From Ptychomitrium polyphyllum (lineage: Eukaryota), in NCBI GenBank assembly GCA_973851085.1, contig OZ316775.1, forward strand, positions 17,050,001 to 17,114,000: DNA of 64,000 nucleotides, read 5' to 3'. Shown here piece after piece: positions 1-14,000 of this stretch (position 1 is the first letter of the stretch; each line of letters opens with the position of its first letter). The translations under genes were made by a program, and so were the position numbers. Below the pieces are notes generated by a model. That model worked only from the letters and a program-made list of their open reading frames with translations. It was not told the DNA's origin and did not search any database.

Positions 1-346
1 GGTTCCAACTCCTTGGAAGCTTCCAAAGAATGTTCCAATTCCTTAGAAGCTACTTAGGAAGGTTCCAACATCTTAGGAAACTTCTTGGGAAGGTTCCTTA
101 GACTTTCAGAACATTCTTAAGCCTTGTAGGAAGCTTCTTTAGAAGTTTCATAGGAGATACAAACGTCCTAGTATAAATAGGAGGCAAGACAAGGTATTGC
201 TTAGTCTTGCCAACACAAGTTGTGGATCATCTTGAATCCTACCTTGTTCTAGTCTTTGTATCAACTTCTTGTTAATCATTAGCTCTTTGGAAGCTAATTC
301 TTGGAAAACACTTCGTTTCTGCTTCTTGTTTCTTGTGTCCCTAACA
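1..346 (+). mobile_element. 3' part of a Ty3/gypsy LTR (family A), cut by the window edge and inserted into the pol of the opposite-strand element
   Basis: Ends ...GTGTCCCTAACA at 346. It is the reverse complement of the LTR at 2142-2754 and has a TATAAATAGGAGG box at ~171-183. Confidence 0.85.
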
Positions 347-2754
347 GGCGTGGCATAAATGACATAGATTGGTTCATCCTTTGCCGCTCTCATGAATGCC
401 TTAATTCCAATAAATGATGGTCCAAGATTTCTCGTATCTTAACGTCTATTCCTTGAGACGACACTCTATGAGCGCTAATCAATGTCTGGATTATGTAATT
501 CAAACCAAGGAAGGCGCAAAATAACAGAATTTGTTCGGCATTAAATGATGTTGAAGACAATCTTAGATGCCTGATCTCCTAAAATAACCTCCAATGGTTG
601 AATTTCTTCAATAATGTTGCCAAACGCAAGTGATCATCCATCAATAACTTCAAGAGGTGCAGGATATTTTTTCTTAATAAGCACCATGTGATGTTTGGTT
701 GCAAAATCCTTATCCAAAAAATCTACCGTTGCACCAGTGTTTAAGAGAGCCTCACTAATTATTTCATCATCTAATATTTTAATTTTGATATAAAATGTAA
801 AACAAGAGGTAGGGCTTGAAGGTAGTAAGAGACCTTGATTTGATGGTGGTTTCTTTGTGGTGTCCAGTCGCATGGTCCCTATTGTGACTGGATAGCCTCG
901 TTTTCTAACTCCACCATTATGGTTTGAGCCTTAAAATCAGATCCTTTAATTTGGCAATCGTGCACTTTATGTCCAGACTTGCCACAATACAAACAAAAGT
1001 TTTTGCATCGACGCCTTTCTTTTTCTTCTGGAGTTAAACGTCTGAACTGGGCAGCATCAATTTGCATAGGTTCTGGTCCTTGTGGTCGACTTTCCAATAC
1101 TCTTGAAGAAGTGATAGCCATGCTTTGATGTACTGGTCGCCATCCCAAATGTTGTTCTTGGCGCCTCTCAAATAATCTATTATCACATGCTATTGCTTGA
1201 GTGATGAATTCATCCAATGTTTCAACTTTTTGCATTGTGAGTATCAAGTCCTTTATATTCTCTTTTAAGCCCCATCGGAATTGTGTGACCAAGGCTTTAT
1301 CATTCCAATCAAGGTCGCAAGCTAATTGTTGAATTTTTGCAGCATATGTAGCAGCTGAGCGCTGTCCTTGTTGGAGACTTTGGATCTTTGTCTCAACCAC
1401 CCTTTCTTGGTTGGTGTCTCCAAAAGTAGATGTCAATGCTCCTATGAAAGAATCTAAGTTGTTCAATAATGGTGACTGCTTCTGCATTAAGGATGCAATT
1501 CACAATAATGCATTGTTTAATAAATGAGTGGCCACAAATCCCACTTGAGTAGTGCCATCAGGATAGCGAGATTGATGTAAACTAAGGAAGAATCTTACTT
1601 GTTGAACAAAGCCTCTCAATTTTGATCTTGATCCATTGAACTTATCTGGCATGCTAATCTTAAGCTCTGCTGGATTTGACGTAAGCCTTCCCTTCCAATA
1701 TTGGCCTCTTGCAATCAAACAACCTTTTGATATAGGCTTTGAATACCACCATTGGATTCTTCAGCTTGCCAAGTATGTTGCTCCAAAATTGTTGGTGGTG
1801 TTGAAGCGGGCAAATTCTGTTTAAACTGTGTTTAATAATTCTTGAAGGTCTGCAATAGTTGCAAACCTATTCTCTGATGGTCCAGGCACGTTATCCATTT
1901 CTTAAGACTCTCAAAGACAGAATAAGTATGAGTATCTTCAAAGGAGGAAATCCACGTACTTTGAAAGAAGTAATACTTGATTCTAGAAGGAGAAACCAAC
2001 TCTATGGTGCCAGCTTAGAAAAGGGTAATCCGCAACCTCTAAAACGCTATGGAATCCTAAAGAAGATGGGTAATGGGTAATTCACAATTTTTTTTCAAAG
2101 AACCCTAGCTTTGACAAAGATGAAGAATAGTCTTACCAAATTGTTAAGAACACAAAAAACAAGAAGCAGAAACGAAGAGTTTCCCAAGAATTAGCTTCCA
2201 AAGAGCTAATGATTAACAAGAACTTGATACAAAGACAAGAACAAGGCAAGATTCAAAATGATCCACAACTTGTGTTGGCAAGACTAAGCAATACCTTGTC
2301 TTGCCTCCTATTTATACTATGACGTCTGTATCTCCTAGAATACTTCTAAAGAAGCTTCCTACAAGGCTTAAGAATATTCTCGAAGTCTAAGGAACCTTTC
2401 TAAGAAGTTTCCTATGATGTTGGAACCTTCTTAAGAGTCTTCCAAGGAATTGGAACCTTCTTAAGAGTCTTTGAAGGAGTTGGAATCTTCTTTGGAAGTT
2501 TCGTAAGATGATGGAACCTTCCTAGGAAGTTTTCTAAGGTGATGGAATCTTTGTAGGAAGTTTCCTAAGAAATTACTTAAAATGATAGAACCTTCATAGG
2601 AAGTTTTCTAAGGTGGAGGAACTTTCCTAGAAAGCTTCCTAAAAACATGGAAAGGCTATGGAGACATTTAAAAGTATTCTAAGAAGCTATTATAATATAC
2701 TAGAAGGTTCTAGAATGTTCTAAATGCTATGTTGCATGATCTATGTCCGTAACA
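347..2754 (-). mobile_element. Decayed Ty3/gypsy element (family A): 5' LTR, gag and aspartic protease, truncated at 347
   Basis: LTR 2754-2142 (TGTTACGG...TTAACA) is followed by a TTTGGTAAGAC PBS-like site. Gag fragments are KISMPDKFNG and a retrotrans_gag-like ORF 879-1487 with zinc knuckle CLYCGKSGHKVHDC. The protease motif is EALLNTGAT (D>N) in 634-873. Confidence 0.9.
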
Positions 2755-3191
2755 TCTTCTTCAAAGAACCTTAGCTTTAACAAAGATGAAGAGTAGTCTT
2801 GTCAAATCTTTAGGAATATAGAAAATAAGAAGCAAAGACAAAGTGTTTTTTAAGAATTAACTTTTAAAGAGCTAATGATTAACAAAAATTAATATAAAGA
2901 TCAGAATAAGCTTGGATTCAATATGATCTATAATTTTTGTTGGTAAGACTTTGGTATACCTTGTTTTGCTTCCTATTTATACTATGACGCTTGTGTCTCC
3001 TAGGATACTTCTGAAAAAGCATCCTACAAGGCTTAAGAATGTTCGAGAAGTCAATGGAACCTTCTCAAGAAGGTTTCCAAAGAAGTGGAAAAACTATGGA
3101 ATTATTGAAAGTATTAGAAGAAGCTACTACAATGCTATAAAAGGTTTTAAAAGGTTTTAAAGATTATTTTGCATAGTCTATATCCATGATA
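2755..3191 (-). mobile_element. Older, more diverged family A LTR plus a short stretch of leader
   Basis: Repeats the 2090-2754 sequence (CAAAGAACC...AAAGATGAAGA..., AAAGAGCTAATGATTAAC, CCTATTTATACTATGACG) with many substitutions and an internal deletion. Confidence 0.75.
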
Positions 3192-4077
3192 CCATATTTC
3201 AACTGGATTAATCTCATACAACAATTGAAGTTAAAAAGAAATCATCTCAAATGTCTTATAGTAGCAAGTTTGTCATTGTTTACATCATATCCACAAGGCC
3301 TTCATTTCTTAAGCTCCAATTATATTCAACTTATGCAAGTTTAGGAAGTTAAATAAGCTAAATATTTAAAAAAAGGCAGGTTGAAGATAATGAAGAAGAA
3401 GAAGAAAGAAGGCAAAGGATACCAACCTCCAAAGAAACTTCTTCTTATTTTTTTCATACTTTCATAATTCTTTAATTTCTAAAAATTTTGAGCATTTAAA
3501 ATTCCTAAGCTTCCATCCAATTTTTTAAAGAAATACTTAAATGTACACTTTGTTATACAACGTGATACCTCTATAATTTTTATGTAGCCTAAAGAATTAT
3601 GGAATAAGGCAAGAAAGTTGTTGATGTTGCTCAAGCAATGGCTACAACATCTTATCATATAAAAAAAGATTGATATGAGAAAAAATTAAAAATTTAGCCA
3701 TTATTTAAAGCAAAGTCACTCAAATTGAACATTATTCTATTATCATGTTTCATGAATAAAATGAATTTCAAAGTTTATTGCAAAGAATTCAATTTGAGAG
3801 AGCAATATAAATAAATAGGAACTGAAAAAGTTGTGCAAGTGTAGGATGTAATTGTTGGAACAACTAATGAACATGATTTATTAAATCCTTATAGTGTGAA
3901 ATTCTTGAATATTTTGAATAACAATGGCATACTATGCATGGGCTCCAAAACCTTCCGGAATCAAACCTTTGGATCAATCAAAGGTTGATTCAAATCTACA
4001 AGCTTGTTGGCACTAAAGAAAATTCATAGATTTTGAAACAATAAGTGCACCAAAAAAAAAAACATTAGAATTGCAGC

Positions 4078-4200
4078 CTATATCATCAAATAATAATTAT
4101 TACTCTATATCATCCAATAGCGCATTATTGGTCTATATTATCCAATAGTATATTATTGGTCTATATCATCCAATAATTCTATATTAGTCTATATCATCAA
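4078..4200. repeat. Degenerate ~28-bp tandem repeat, about 4.5 copies
   Basis: Recurring unit CTATATCATCCAATA...TATTGGT. Confidence 0.7.
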
Positions 4201-4679
4201 ACAATTCAACATCACTATCAAATGATAAATCATTTCTAGTGTTTTCATTTATTTTTGGGATGTGAGACCTTGGAGTAGATTTTATACAAGTACCATGAAA
4301 AATATAAAGATTCTATAACATTTAAAGAGAATGTAAATGACAGTTTTTTTAGAAAACATTCAAAACTCAACACACAACAAATTGCACCTAGTTCTCAACA
4401 ATTCTAATTCATGTTTGTAATGTAGCACTAATCATCCATTGCAAGTGCAACATGTGGCGCAGTGAAGGCAAGTAGCAAGACCTCATTGGTGCTAGGGCAC
4501 TCCTTGTCTAGATTGCGAGATAACTTCTCAATTTGGACCGTGTGTTTTGTAGTTGGTAAATTTTGGGAACTTTATTAACAACAGTTTAGGAAAATCATAC
4601 AAGGAACGACAGTTTCCTCAGAGACTCATTCTCACACACACTCGTACTCAACGGATAGCTCCAGAGTGTTCCAAAGAAA

Positions 4680-5230
4680 GTTGGAGAGCAGCGGGGCAAC
4701 ACTGGAAAGGGCAGGTGGGGAACGCGTGGGGAACGAAGGGAGCGCGGAGAGGGGGTCGAGGCCACCGGATCGGAGAGGAGAGAGCGGGGGGGCAGCGGAG
4801 AGAAGGGGCGGCGGCTGCGGCGGAGGCTGCGGCAGCGTCTGCGGCGGCGTGGGCGTGGGCGTGGGCGTCGGAGAGAGGGGAGAGAGGAGGGGAGGGGAGG
4901 AGAGGGGCGCCGTCGCAGGGAGGGCGCGTGCTTTTGTCGCCGCTCGTTTGGTGTTTGCAACGCAGCTTGGTCGGATTCCTGCACCCGACAATTGCACCAC
5001 CATCGCCCTCACTTTGCCTTCCTCGCAACCTTGCACCTCGCACCTTGCACCTCACACTTCCCTTACCCTACATTCTACTCTCACGATCTCCCTCGCTGTC
5101 TTCTCGCTCCGACAGCCCCCCATTGCAACTCCTGCACGTGGAGCGTTGGACCTCGCTCCCGCACCGACTCCTGGTAAGCTTGCCGCACTTCTTCATTGGG
5201 CGACGATGCCGCTTCTGCTGTGGCCCGTCG
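4680..5230 (+). promoter_or_regulatory. GC-rich promoter / 5' UTR exon region of the hnRNP gene
   Basis: Abrupt GC- and CpG-rich island with GA and GGCGTG runs, a pyrimidine-rich leader and a CTG|GTAAGC donor near 5173. Confidence 0.55.
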
Positions 5231-6824
5231 CTGCCTGTAATTGCCTGTTTTTATTTTTTTGGGTTTTACTTTTGCTGGGATTCTCTCGGGGTTGTTCCGG
5301 GGGTTTTCGGGGAGTTTGCGAGCGATTGGTGGATCGTTACCGCGCTGGTTGAGCGTAATTTTCAACTTGAGGGGTATGTTAGGTCGCGGGAGTTTCTTCT
5401 CGGTTTTCTGGTGGGGGAGGTTTTTTTGGGGTTTCTTCGACTGAGGTGGTGATGGTTAGGTTGGTTGGTTGTGTGGTGAGTTTTTTTCCTTTTGGAGTGG
5501 TGAGGGAGTTCGTGTAGGCTGCCCCGTTGTTTTTCCCTCTTATGCGTGGAGGATTTATGACATGCGTCTTGTACCAAGAATCGTTTCTTTCTTTGAGTGT
5601 TCCAGTTCCTTTTAGGTCGACGGACTTCTCTTTCTAGGAAGTTGTTAGTTCTGTGTTGCTCATTCAATTTGGATCAGTTCACAGCCTGCATTCCTAAGTA
5701 GTTATGTCGGAAATGTTCCCGAAAGTACGGACATATGCGTCCACCGAGCTTTCTTCCGTTTTCGATCCTTTATGTGTGTCATTTCTGTCCTTTAAGGTAT
5801 TATTTGAAGCTGGTTTTCAGATATATTGAGGGCTGTTGGATGACTGTATGCTCACTACTGATTGCTCGATTATGGGGACGACAGTTGGTTTTTTCTGTTT
5901 GAATTGTTGGTTTGCTTAAGTTTGATGGAGACTTCAAAGGTTAGTGCGTACGATGCATATTTAAGTTCCTCGTTGTTCACGTATGTCATTGGTGGAGACG
6001 ATTACGGCATTTAGTCATGAGCATAGAATCATTCTTGGTGTATTGTAGTGTGCGAGTATAAGTTCGTAGACCCCCTGATTATGCAGAATTAACCGCTAAG
6101 CCTACTCGATACGACATATCTTAATTTTATAATCCTAGAAGCCCTTGACGTTTGCGAATGGATCCTTTCTAGGTTCTAAAACTGCTCCCGATGTTGGATT
6201 ACAAACTTCGAAGTAATGAGTAAGATGTTGCAGGAGAATGAGACGTCCTAGCTTGGATGCTACTCTTTCTTGGAAGATGTCAATTTCTTAGGGTTTCCTT
6301 GTGTGTTCGAATGCGTGGATCTGGATGTAGTTTTTGTTTTGAAGAAGAATGTTGAGAAGGTTTAGGAAGTATATGATGGATTGTTTGACATTTGTAATAT
6401 ATTTGCACTCTACTTATTCGTCACGCAGTGTGTTTTTTGTGTGTTTCTTTTGGGGCATCCTCTTTGATTACATTCACTATTCTCAAGGCTATTTCTGCAC
6501 ATTACAGTCACTGTTCACTATTCTCAAGGCTATTTCTACACGTAGGTCCTTGAGGGCCTCTGTGAGCTGATTCCTTGTCTAGAGCCTCCTCCTTATTGCA
6601 CAAAGCACCATGTTTTCATCACACCTCTCGCGCATGGTCCTCTCAGTATTTTCTGCAAATTTCTCACACTCCACCTCGTGGTGGCATTTCCAATGTCCTC
6701 TCTTGCCTTCTCTGGCTCTCCTCTCTGCTTCAAAATTTCTGTCTCAATTCCTATCCCTCAGCTGCACTTCAAGCTCCTATCTAGGTGATTATTTGCGGTC
6801 ATTGGAAGATTTTTGGAGGCGAGC

Positions 6825-9737
6825 ATGTCAGACGCAAGTGCATCGCCAGAGGAGGTATACGATGAAGAGCAGGTCGACATCGACGGGGGCGTAGATCTCG
6901 ACGAGGAATTTGATGATGCTAGTGCCGACCATGAGGATGAGGAAGACGATGAAGAGGAGAAAACTCACGGTTTAGACCTGGATGTGGACGGGGAAGCTCA
7001 GGAAGGGGAAGATGGTCAAGAAGACCAGGACATCGATGTTTTAAATGGAGATCATGATCATCAGAGTACAGAGGCTGAAGTTGCTGTAGAGGAGACGGAC
7101 GTGCACCTGGAGGGTGAAGATGTAACAGTGGAAGACAAGGAGGAAAAAGATGCTGAGAAGAGTGGAGAACTTCTTAAACGGCCTCCTCATGGCTCAGAAA
7201 TTTTTGTTGGGGGTATTACTCGGGACACTACAGAGGAAGATCTTCGAACACTGTGCTCCAGTTGTGGTGACATTTATGAGGTATGTAGAATTGAGGACAT
7301 GTAACAAAAGGTTGGAATACCGTAGGAAAATTCTTCTGAATTGCTGCTCTTCGCCTTACTTGGAGGTTCGTTGTTTGTGTTCACTGGTGGCAGGATGGTT
7401 GTGATGGTCGTTGCGGATCGTGATTAAAATACAAAGATCATTGACGTAGTGTTGGTTGTAGTTGCCGAGGTATGACTGTTACTGTATAATGACGTTGTCA
7501 TTGATGTGTAATGCTGGCCAGGTTCGTCTTTTGAAAGACAAAGATACTGGTCAAAACAAGGGTTATGCTTTTGTCACTTTCATGAACGAGGAGTGTGCAG
7601 AAAAAGCTATTGAAACATTGAATGATTCGGAAGTGAAGGTATTATTGTACTTACGTCTTTTTTTTACTTGATTTAAGTGTATGATCTTGAATCGTAATTT
7701 GGACCACTCAGCATTTCCCGGTTTTTGTGATTAAATATAGTACTAGCAAAAACCTGCTTAACTTGATCTAGACAAACCTTATTGGATTTCATTGTGGTGC
7801 AGGGACGGAAACTAAGATTCTCTCAATCCCAATCAAAGCATAGGCTCTTTGTGGGGAACATTCCTAAAGCCTGGGAAAAGGAGGAACTTGAGAAAGTACT
7901 GGGTGAGCAGGGACCTGGCATACAAAGTGTCGAGCTGCTCAAGGTATAATGTGGTCTTTCATTTAATACGACTAAGCATTTTCTGTTGTACAAGTATAGT
8001 GGCCGTCGCACCCTATATGAATGAATTTTATTACAATACAAGGTTGTGGACATTCTGCGGCATCACTATTTGAAGCTTTTGGGTTTGAATATGTTGCTCT
8101 TATTTCCTGCAGGATCCAAAGACTCCAGGAAGAAACCGTGGATTTGCTTTCGTAGAGTACTACAATCATGCCTGCGCTGAACATGCCAGACGTGAGATGT
8201 CGAAACCAAGTTTTCGACTAGGGAGTAATGCTCCTACTATAAGTTGGGCGGATCCACGCAGTGGGCCTGATGCTAATGCAATGTCCCAGGTATTTTCAAT
8301 CTCAGCTGTGTTGTGTGGTTTGACATATTATGAATCTTTTATGCTGTTGTGTAGCTTGTCTTTATTCAGCTGGAGGGTTAAAGCTGTACCTGAGCATTTT
8401 TGCTATGTCAAGTCTGGTAGCTTGGGATCTGCGATTTACTGGGAAGCGTTAACTGGCTAATTGGTTTATTTTTTCCTCTGATCGTTGATTAGCTGGTATT
8501 ATATGACTTCTTATGTTGTTTCACTTGTCTGTCGAGATATGTGTAGAATCAAATTGCATAGCTTCTTGCTAAATTTAGATGTCTGTTTGTAAGGTTTACT
8601 GATTTTTTTGTGTAGGTAAGCTAGTGCTTCTGTATTTGTATCTTGCAGACACTGAAGTTGCAATTTATTTCTTTCCAGGTCAAAGTTGTGTACGTGCGAA
8701 ATTTACCAGACAGTGTGACTGAAGACCAGTTGCAAAAGTTGTTTGAGCGCCATGGTGATGTTACCAAGGTGGTCTTACCTGCAACCAAGCCGGGACAAGC
8801 AAAGCGCGATTTTGGGTTTGTTCATTTTTCTGACCGAGCGCAGGCCCTCAAAGCTATTGAAAAAGACCAAGTTTATGAGTTGGAAGGTATAGATGTCCTT
8901 ACTTAACCCGCTCTCTGTTTATATATATGCTTGCTTTTGGTAGTTCTGGTTGGACTGATACATGTAAGTCGTTACGGTGATTGTTTTTAAAAAACTTTAT
9001 GGACTATGTCTTCTGGTTTAATCAGGCCGCACACTTGAGACATCTCTGGCAAAGCCCCCAGCAGAGAAGAGGCCTCTAGGCGCGGAGCTTTCTTATCCTT
9101 CACATCCTCCACAGCGAGCTGGTCTTCTCCCACAGTATCAAAATAGAGGTGGCTATGGTTATGGAGGTGACGTATACAACAACGTTGGTGGTGGTTATGG
9201 CCAAGCCAGGGGTTACAATCAGGTGTGTGCATGATGAAAATGACAAAATTACTAGCTTTTTATACTACGTTACTTTCCCTGTAATTCTGAAGCTTTGGAG
9301 GTTGGAATCTATTTGGATATTTAATAAGCCCGTATGGTCTGAATTTATCTGCCTGGATTGGTTTCTGCAGCCAGTAATTTATGGACGCGGTCCAGCGCCC
9401 GCAGGCATGACTATGGTACCAATGATGCTACCAGATGGCCGTGTTGGCTATGTTTTGTAAGTTTACTATCTCTTCCTGCTTGTGTTTTTGCTCATTTTGA
9501 AAAAGAAATGAAAGGTAGGAGTTTCCAGTTCTTTTGGTAACAGTAGATAGAAATGCTATTCTAAACATGGGTTGGTGCAGACAACAACCTGGTGGAGGAC
9601 TACAAGGAGGACCTGCTCCTTATCGTGGTGGTAGAGGCGGTCATGGTTTACTGCCTTATAGACAGGGTGGCAGCAGCGGTGGTGGTGGTGGTGCTTCTGG
9701 AGCCACTGGGGGAGGCCGCCGTTATCGTCCTTATTGA
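6825..9737 (+). CDS. Heterogeneous nuclear ribonucleoprotein Q/R-like protein (acidic N-terminus, 3 RRMs, Gly/Tyr-rich C-terminus), ~512 aa
   Basis: Exons 6825-7280, 7522-7638, 7803-7943, 8113-8289, 8679-8886, 9026-9222, 9371-9456 and 9581-9737 are all GT-AG and phase-consistent (1539 nt). Motifs: PPHGSEIFVGG, KGYAFVTF, LFVGNIPK, RGFAFVEYYNHACA, VYVRNLP, MVPMMLPDGRVGYVLQQPG and a C-terminal RRYRPY (PY-NLS). Confidence 0.95.
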
Positions 9738-11003
9738 TATGTGGTCCGCTTTTTTAAGTAGATTCTGCTAGTTATCCGCCTACATGTACGATGGTTTTCA
9801 CATGGAACAAGCACCGAGTGCAGCCAACTGCATTGCTTTGAGGTCTCAAGTTGCTCAAAATTTTGTGATTGCCAAGATCAGTCAAAAGATTGATCCCGAT
9901 TAGTAGAGCCGGAGTTAAGTTGTGCATGCGTAGGAGTAGAGAAGGGTACTAAGCTACAGACAATGCGGCAACAATCAGTTAGATGGGCTTGTGTGGTCAA
10001 ATTCAGAGCTCTGTCGGATCTTCAGGTCTTCCGGATGACATCTCCTGTGTTGGGATTGTAGCTATCTCAAGAAGAACCTCGATCTCGGCATCTTATGGAG
10101 CTTATACATACTTTTCACAAGTTAATCTGTGATCTCAGTGAGGATATTCTTTTCTTTAAGGTTGGAGTTACTATGCGATAAGAACTTACATTTATGTTAA
10201 TTTAATAACCGGTACTTTGGAGTGTGCTATACGGTGTTATCAGCTGTCGTACATAGTCTTATTTTGGAATCATCTTTACGAGGTATGCAGAACTTTTGTG
10301 GCATGTATTTCACTAGAACCTGCAATCAAGGATTGTTAATAAACCATAAATTTTTAAAATAGAATAACGTACATGATCACATACTGAAAGCGTGGGTGCT
10401 TGGAGGATACATTTGGAGTTATGCATGAAATAGTATATATGTTTAGTGTTTTTTATATTGCCTTGAGTTTGTAATCACAGTAGACTTCCAAATTCACAAG
10501 AAAATGATCCTATTTCAATAGAGTTATAGCTTCAAATTTTGAGCACCATTGTAAATTGGTTATTAATAATGATGTTTAAGATTTAAAAACATCATTTCAT
10601 TAGATTAGGAATAGCTCTCCATAAATTTGGTATTTATCAATTCACCAAAAAATTCAAAACTAGTAAAAATCTTATTTATATTTGTATTATCTCTCTTGTT
10701 TTTTTCCTTAAAACAAAAAATGAGATTTAAATAAAATTAGTTCATAGGAAATTTAATGAAATGACACTTTGTTATTTGATAATTATGTTATTTATTATAA
10801 AGATGACCAAATTGTCATACTTAAAAAAAACTATCTAAGAAATTTAACATCTTGCATATAAAAGATGGTCCAACATAAGGATAATATTAATGATGAAAAA
10901 TAAAATAATTTAAGTCTACATTTTTTTAAATTCAATCCAACAAACATCTAATAGATTGAGAAGTTACAAAAAAAGAAGATATAATAGTAACATTCTTGTC
11001 AGA

Positions 11004-14000
11004 TCAAAATGAGTATTTTAAATTGAGTTGCTTAATGTATTGTTCAAGTTGTTTTACAGTTTGGTGCGTAGAACCAAGTTGTTTTTTTAGAATGTGTAAT
11101 GCACGACTATAGAATTTTTCAGCTTGTGGTTTATTCTTAAGTGCTATATGCACATCACCTAAATACTTCAAAGTCTACAAAATCAAATAAAAGTATATTA
11201 GATGTTTTTAAGCACACAAGATATTATGTGTTTCAGCCTTCAAATATTGTACCATTTTATAATGTAAAGATATAAGTGTATATAATGTTTAGCAAGGCAT
11301 AGTGAATTGAAGAGTATAAGTGCAAAGTCATATTTAAAGTTTATGACTTAATATTGCTTGTTTTTTATAGAGTTTCCTCTTAAAGAAAAATTGTGGTTCT
11401 TTGTTTGCAATGAAATTGTTTTGTATAGTAAGATGAGCAAACCACTCTCAAATCCACCTGAGCTATAATGATATTGCTTCCACCATATTCTTTTCTTTGA
11501 AGTGCCATGAGTTCTTCAAATACTTTTTTTGCAATCTCCACCTCATTTGCATCATACAATGAAATGGCTTGTTGTTTTTTAATCAATAATAAAAGTGACT
11601 CTTGCCCATCTTTGTTAATTTGGTTTTTTGCTCCAACAAGGTATTTTATTGCACTTTGGCATGCATTTATTGAATTGGAATATCTCTGCAATTTAAATAC
11701 AACATTGCAAGTGAAGTGATTTTGACCCACTAATTTTGTTGAACATTAATGCCCAAGCAATAACAATGTGTTGTGGTAAGAAATACACAACCAAAGGCTA
11801 ACCTTGGCCTTATGATAAGTTACACCAAGTTCATAGTACATTTGTGCAAGTTTGGCTTTGTTGGGTTTTGATGCATACTCAAGGCATCCAATAGCCTTTT
11901 CATATATTGTTGCTGCTTCCTCTTCATTACCTTGCTTACTTTGAACCTGCTCCACCAAACATAAAATATTGAACCAACCCATGTTACAATGTGGAGTTTC
12001 ATTTGTAATTCAAAATATGGACAATTTTCTACAGTTTTGGTTCAGTACAAGAAAGAACAAATTTAAGCCAGCCTCTAAAATCAATAAGGATTTTTCTTCT
12101 TGATTTAATAAAGGAAGCTGGTGTGCAAGCATGAATAAACAAGCTTTTAGTAACAAATTCATTATTTTTACACATCTCAATTATAAGTTAGCAAAACACT
12201 GTATGCAAACTTCAGTTGGAAGTGCTTGGCTGACATTATTCAAACTTTTGCAATATTTATCATGTTCATGACATGCTGCTAAGAGAAAATGGGTGAACCT
12301 TTGCTGCTTTGCTAAACAAGGTAACCAATCTGCTATCCTTTGTTCCACCCCTCTGAAATGCCTTGGCCTTGTTGCCTCTACCTGCTATCTTCTCATATGC
12401 CTTCATCCAAAACATATAATTTTTTTGCAGAATCAGGTGCACATAACACTCAAATACTTTGCATCTCCCTGGCATGATGCTAAACATTGGAATATATAAT
12501 ACAATATATATGTAGTTGTTGCTTCACTGTTGCATATTCTTCCATTGCTTTTTGATAATCATCAGACTCCTCCTCCTTCTCCTGTTTCTTTGCATTTGTG
12601 TAAATTGAAGCATCTTTTGACTTCAATGGTTGTGTTTCCTTACAAAATGCTCGGCTGTCTCCAAGATTCACATAAAAGTCTCCAAATCCTTCATGAATGG
12701 AAAAATTTGAGTCATGCTGTCACATAGAGTGATCATGCAATTCAGGCATTAGATTAATATGGACACTATACAAATCCTCTATAAATGACCTATATTTTTA
12801 TTGTCACAGGAAATGTGAAAAACCTTATCCACATTAAATGTAGCATATACAAGTTTTTACTCATATTTAAATAATTACCTTAAACTCATCAAGGTAAGAA
12901 GGTGTACATCAGGGCCATGAAGCTCATAGTTAATTACAAGTGCCCTTTGCAGGTAATTGACACACTTGGGGTCCCCCCCTGTTTTAAGAGAATGAAAGCC
13001 ACTACCATCTCATTATGATGACAAAATTCTAACTTCAAACTACTACTTTTATTTCATATAAATGAAATACATGATCTTTCTATATTTGGAGTTTTCATCT
13101 TGCAAAGTAAAAAACTTATTCTAAAACTTAGTTAACATATTTGAAAAATTAATACATACTTTGAATCATGGCCTTTGCAATAGCCATCACTATTGAAACA
13201 GTCATATTGTTATTTTCACCTTCACCATAGTTTTGAAGGTCAACTCTTTCTATAGCCTTCAATACCACTGAAATGACACTTATTTATTGGATCTATATGG
13301 ACATATATAATTAAGTATATTTAATTGCTAAAAAGGGAACTCAATCAGTTTGAGTTCCTTTGTAGATAAAAACTATACCTAAAACAATTAAATATGAAAA
13401 TGTGCATGTGAAAGAAAATAAAATGAGGTTATTTTAAAATGAAGGGAAGTTTATCATGAAAAACTAAGTTCAATTGCAAGAACATTTTAGCCTATATTAA
13501 AGGTATTAATGTTTTTTTTTTAAATTCTGAAGTTATAAAACAGAATAATAGCAATGCTTTTAAAATCTTATAGTTGTATGAAAGAAATTATGCATTTCTA
13601 TTTTTCAAGTTTCAGAGTTATTATAAAGACCTAATTTCTTGTAATTACAAATTCATTCATGTAATGCTACAGAATACAAAATTATTCTTGTTATAGTATT
13701 GTGTATACCAACTGTTCAAGAAATTAAGTTAAAGTACCTTTTGACCATGAAAATAAGCTTGATCTCCAAGGCCCTAAAAAAATATTCCAATCATCAAATT
13801 ATTGTAGATTAAAAAAACATATTTTATTTTTATATCAAATTTGCATTTACTTGTAATATGAGTGTTAATGTATGTGGTAAAAGATGATTATATGCATTTT
13901 AAAAATTATTATATTAATATTCCTCTCACTACAATGAGCTAAATAGATTATCATAATTATAGAAGACAGATTTGAAGTAACTTGTTGATAGATGGTGTAC

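Noticed and set aside
4553..5667. Cluster of overlapping long ORFs (up to 299 aa)
   Set aside because: Low-complexity products of a GC-rich promoter/5' UTR, open on both strands, with no domain motifs.
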